DNA from: Octopus sinensis
Lineage: Eukaryota
Length of the DNA stretch: 64,000 nucleotides
Assembly (NCBI RefSeq): GCF_006345805.1
Contig: NC_043008.1
Location: forward strand, 52,452,001 to 52,516,000
Reading direction: 5' to 3'
Part shown: positions 63,341-64,000 of the stretch, in pieces
Layout: the number at the start of each line of letters is the position of its first letter
Position numbering within the stretch: the stretch's first letter is position 1
Notes under the pieces: model-generated
What the model was told of the DNA's origin: nothing
Seen by the model: the letters and a program-made list of their open reading frames with translations, nothing else
Database searches by the model: none
Made by a program: the position numbers and the translations under genes

Positions 63341-64000
63341 CTGACACTCAAAAGGAACTCAGCCTCTGTGAGGCCCAACTCTTATAAGGAACTCAGCCAC
63401 TTTGCCTCTGTGAGGCCCAACTCTTAAAGGAACTTAGCTACTTTGCCTCTGTGAGGCCCAACTCTTAAAAGAAACTCAGCCACTTTGCCTCTGTGAGGCC
63501 CAACTCATAAAAGAACCTCAGCCACTTTGCCTCTGTGAGGCCCAACTCTTAAAAGAAACTCAGCTGCTTTGCCTCTGTGAGGCCCAACTCTTAAAAGAAA
63601 CTCAGCCACTTTGCCTCTGTGAGGCCCAACTCTTAAAAGAAACTCAGCCACTTTGCCTCTGTGAGGCCCAACTCTTAAAATGAACTCAGCCACTTTGCCT
63701 CTGTGAGGCCCAACTCTTAGAAGAAACTCAGCCACTTTGCTTCTGTGAGGCCCAACTCTTAAAAGGAACTCAGCCACTTTGCCTCTGTGAGGCCCAACTC
63801 TTAAAAGAAACTCAGCCACTTTGCCTCTGTGAGGCCCAACTCATAAAAGAAACTCAGCCAGTTTGCCTCTGTGAGGCCCAACTTATTACAGAAACTCAGC
63901 CACTTTGCCTCTGTGAGGCCCAACTCTTAGAGGGAGCTCAGCCACTTTGCCTCTGTGAGGCCGAACTCATTAAAGAAACTCAGCCACTTTGCCTCTGTGA
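63322..64000. repeat. 42-bp minisatellite, at least 15 copies, running off the window end
   Basis: Unit ctcagccactttgcctctgtgaggcccaactcttaaaagaaa (anchors at 63601 and 63643). Confidence 0.97.

Overview
This is an animal genomic window (AT-rich, dense in microsatellites). Its repeat families resemble those of octopus genomes, so a cephalopod origin is inferred, not proven. There are no prokaryotic features such as operons or CRISPR arrays. One intact host gene is supported: a 7-exon alpha-arrestin (ARRDC-family) gene on the minus strand, 30742->4861. I assembled it by hand; all introns are GT-AG with compatible phases, giving a 1278-nt CDS and a 425-aa protein. Upstream (about 52.5-58.9 kb) lies a wrecked tandem paralog. 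Its exon 2 is frameshifted and interrupted and is only about 66% identical to the functional exon, whereas the adjacent intron is about 96% identical. Part of its intron 1 is inverted. The rest is transposon debris: a CR1-like LINE with a filled/empty site pair, RTE, R4/Dong-like RLE, Penelope-like, Helitron, Merlin, mariner and pogo/Tigger fragments, piggyBac-type MITEs and at least three SINE families. There is also a U6 snRNA pseudogene, three minisatellites seeded from retroelement sequence, several long hairpins and three hammerhead-ribozyme-like relics. Most ORFs in the supplied track are artefacts of microsatellites or repeats. I see no convincing wholly new biological system. The best leads are the exon-versus-intron divergence anomaly, the hammerhead-like motifs and a 133-bp hairpin whose mismatches are nearly all G.U-type.
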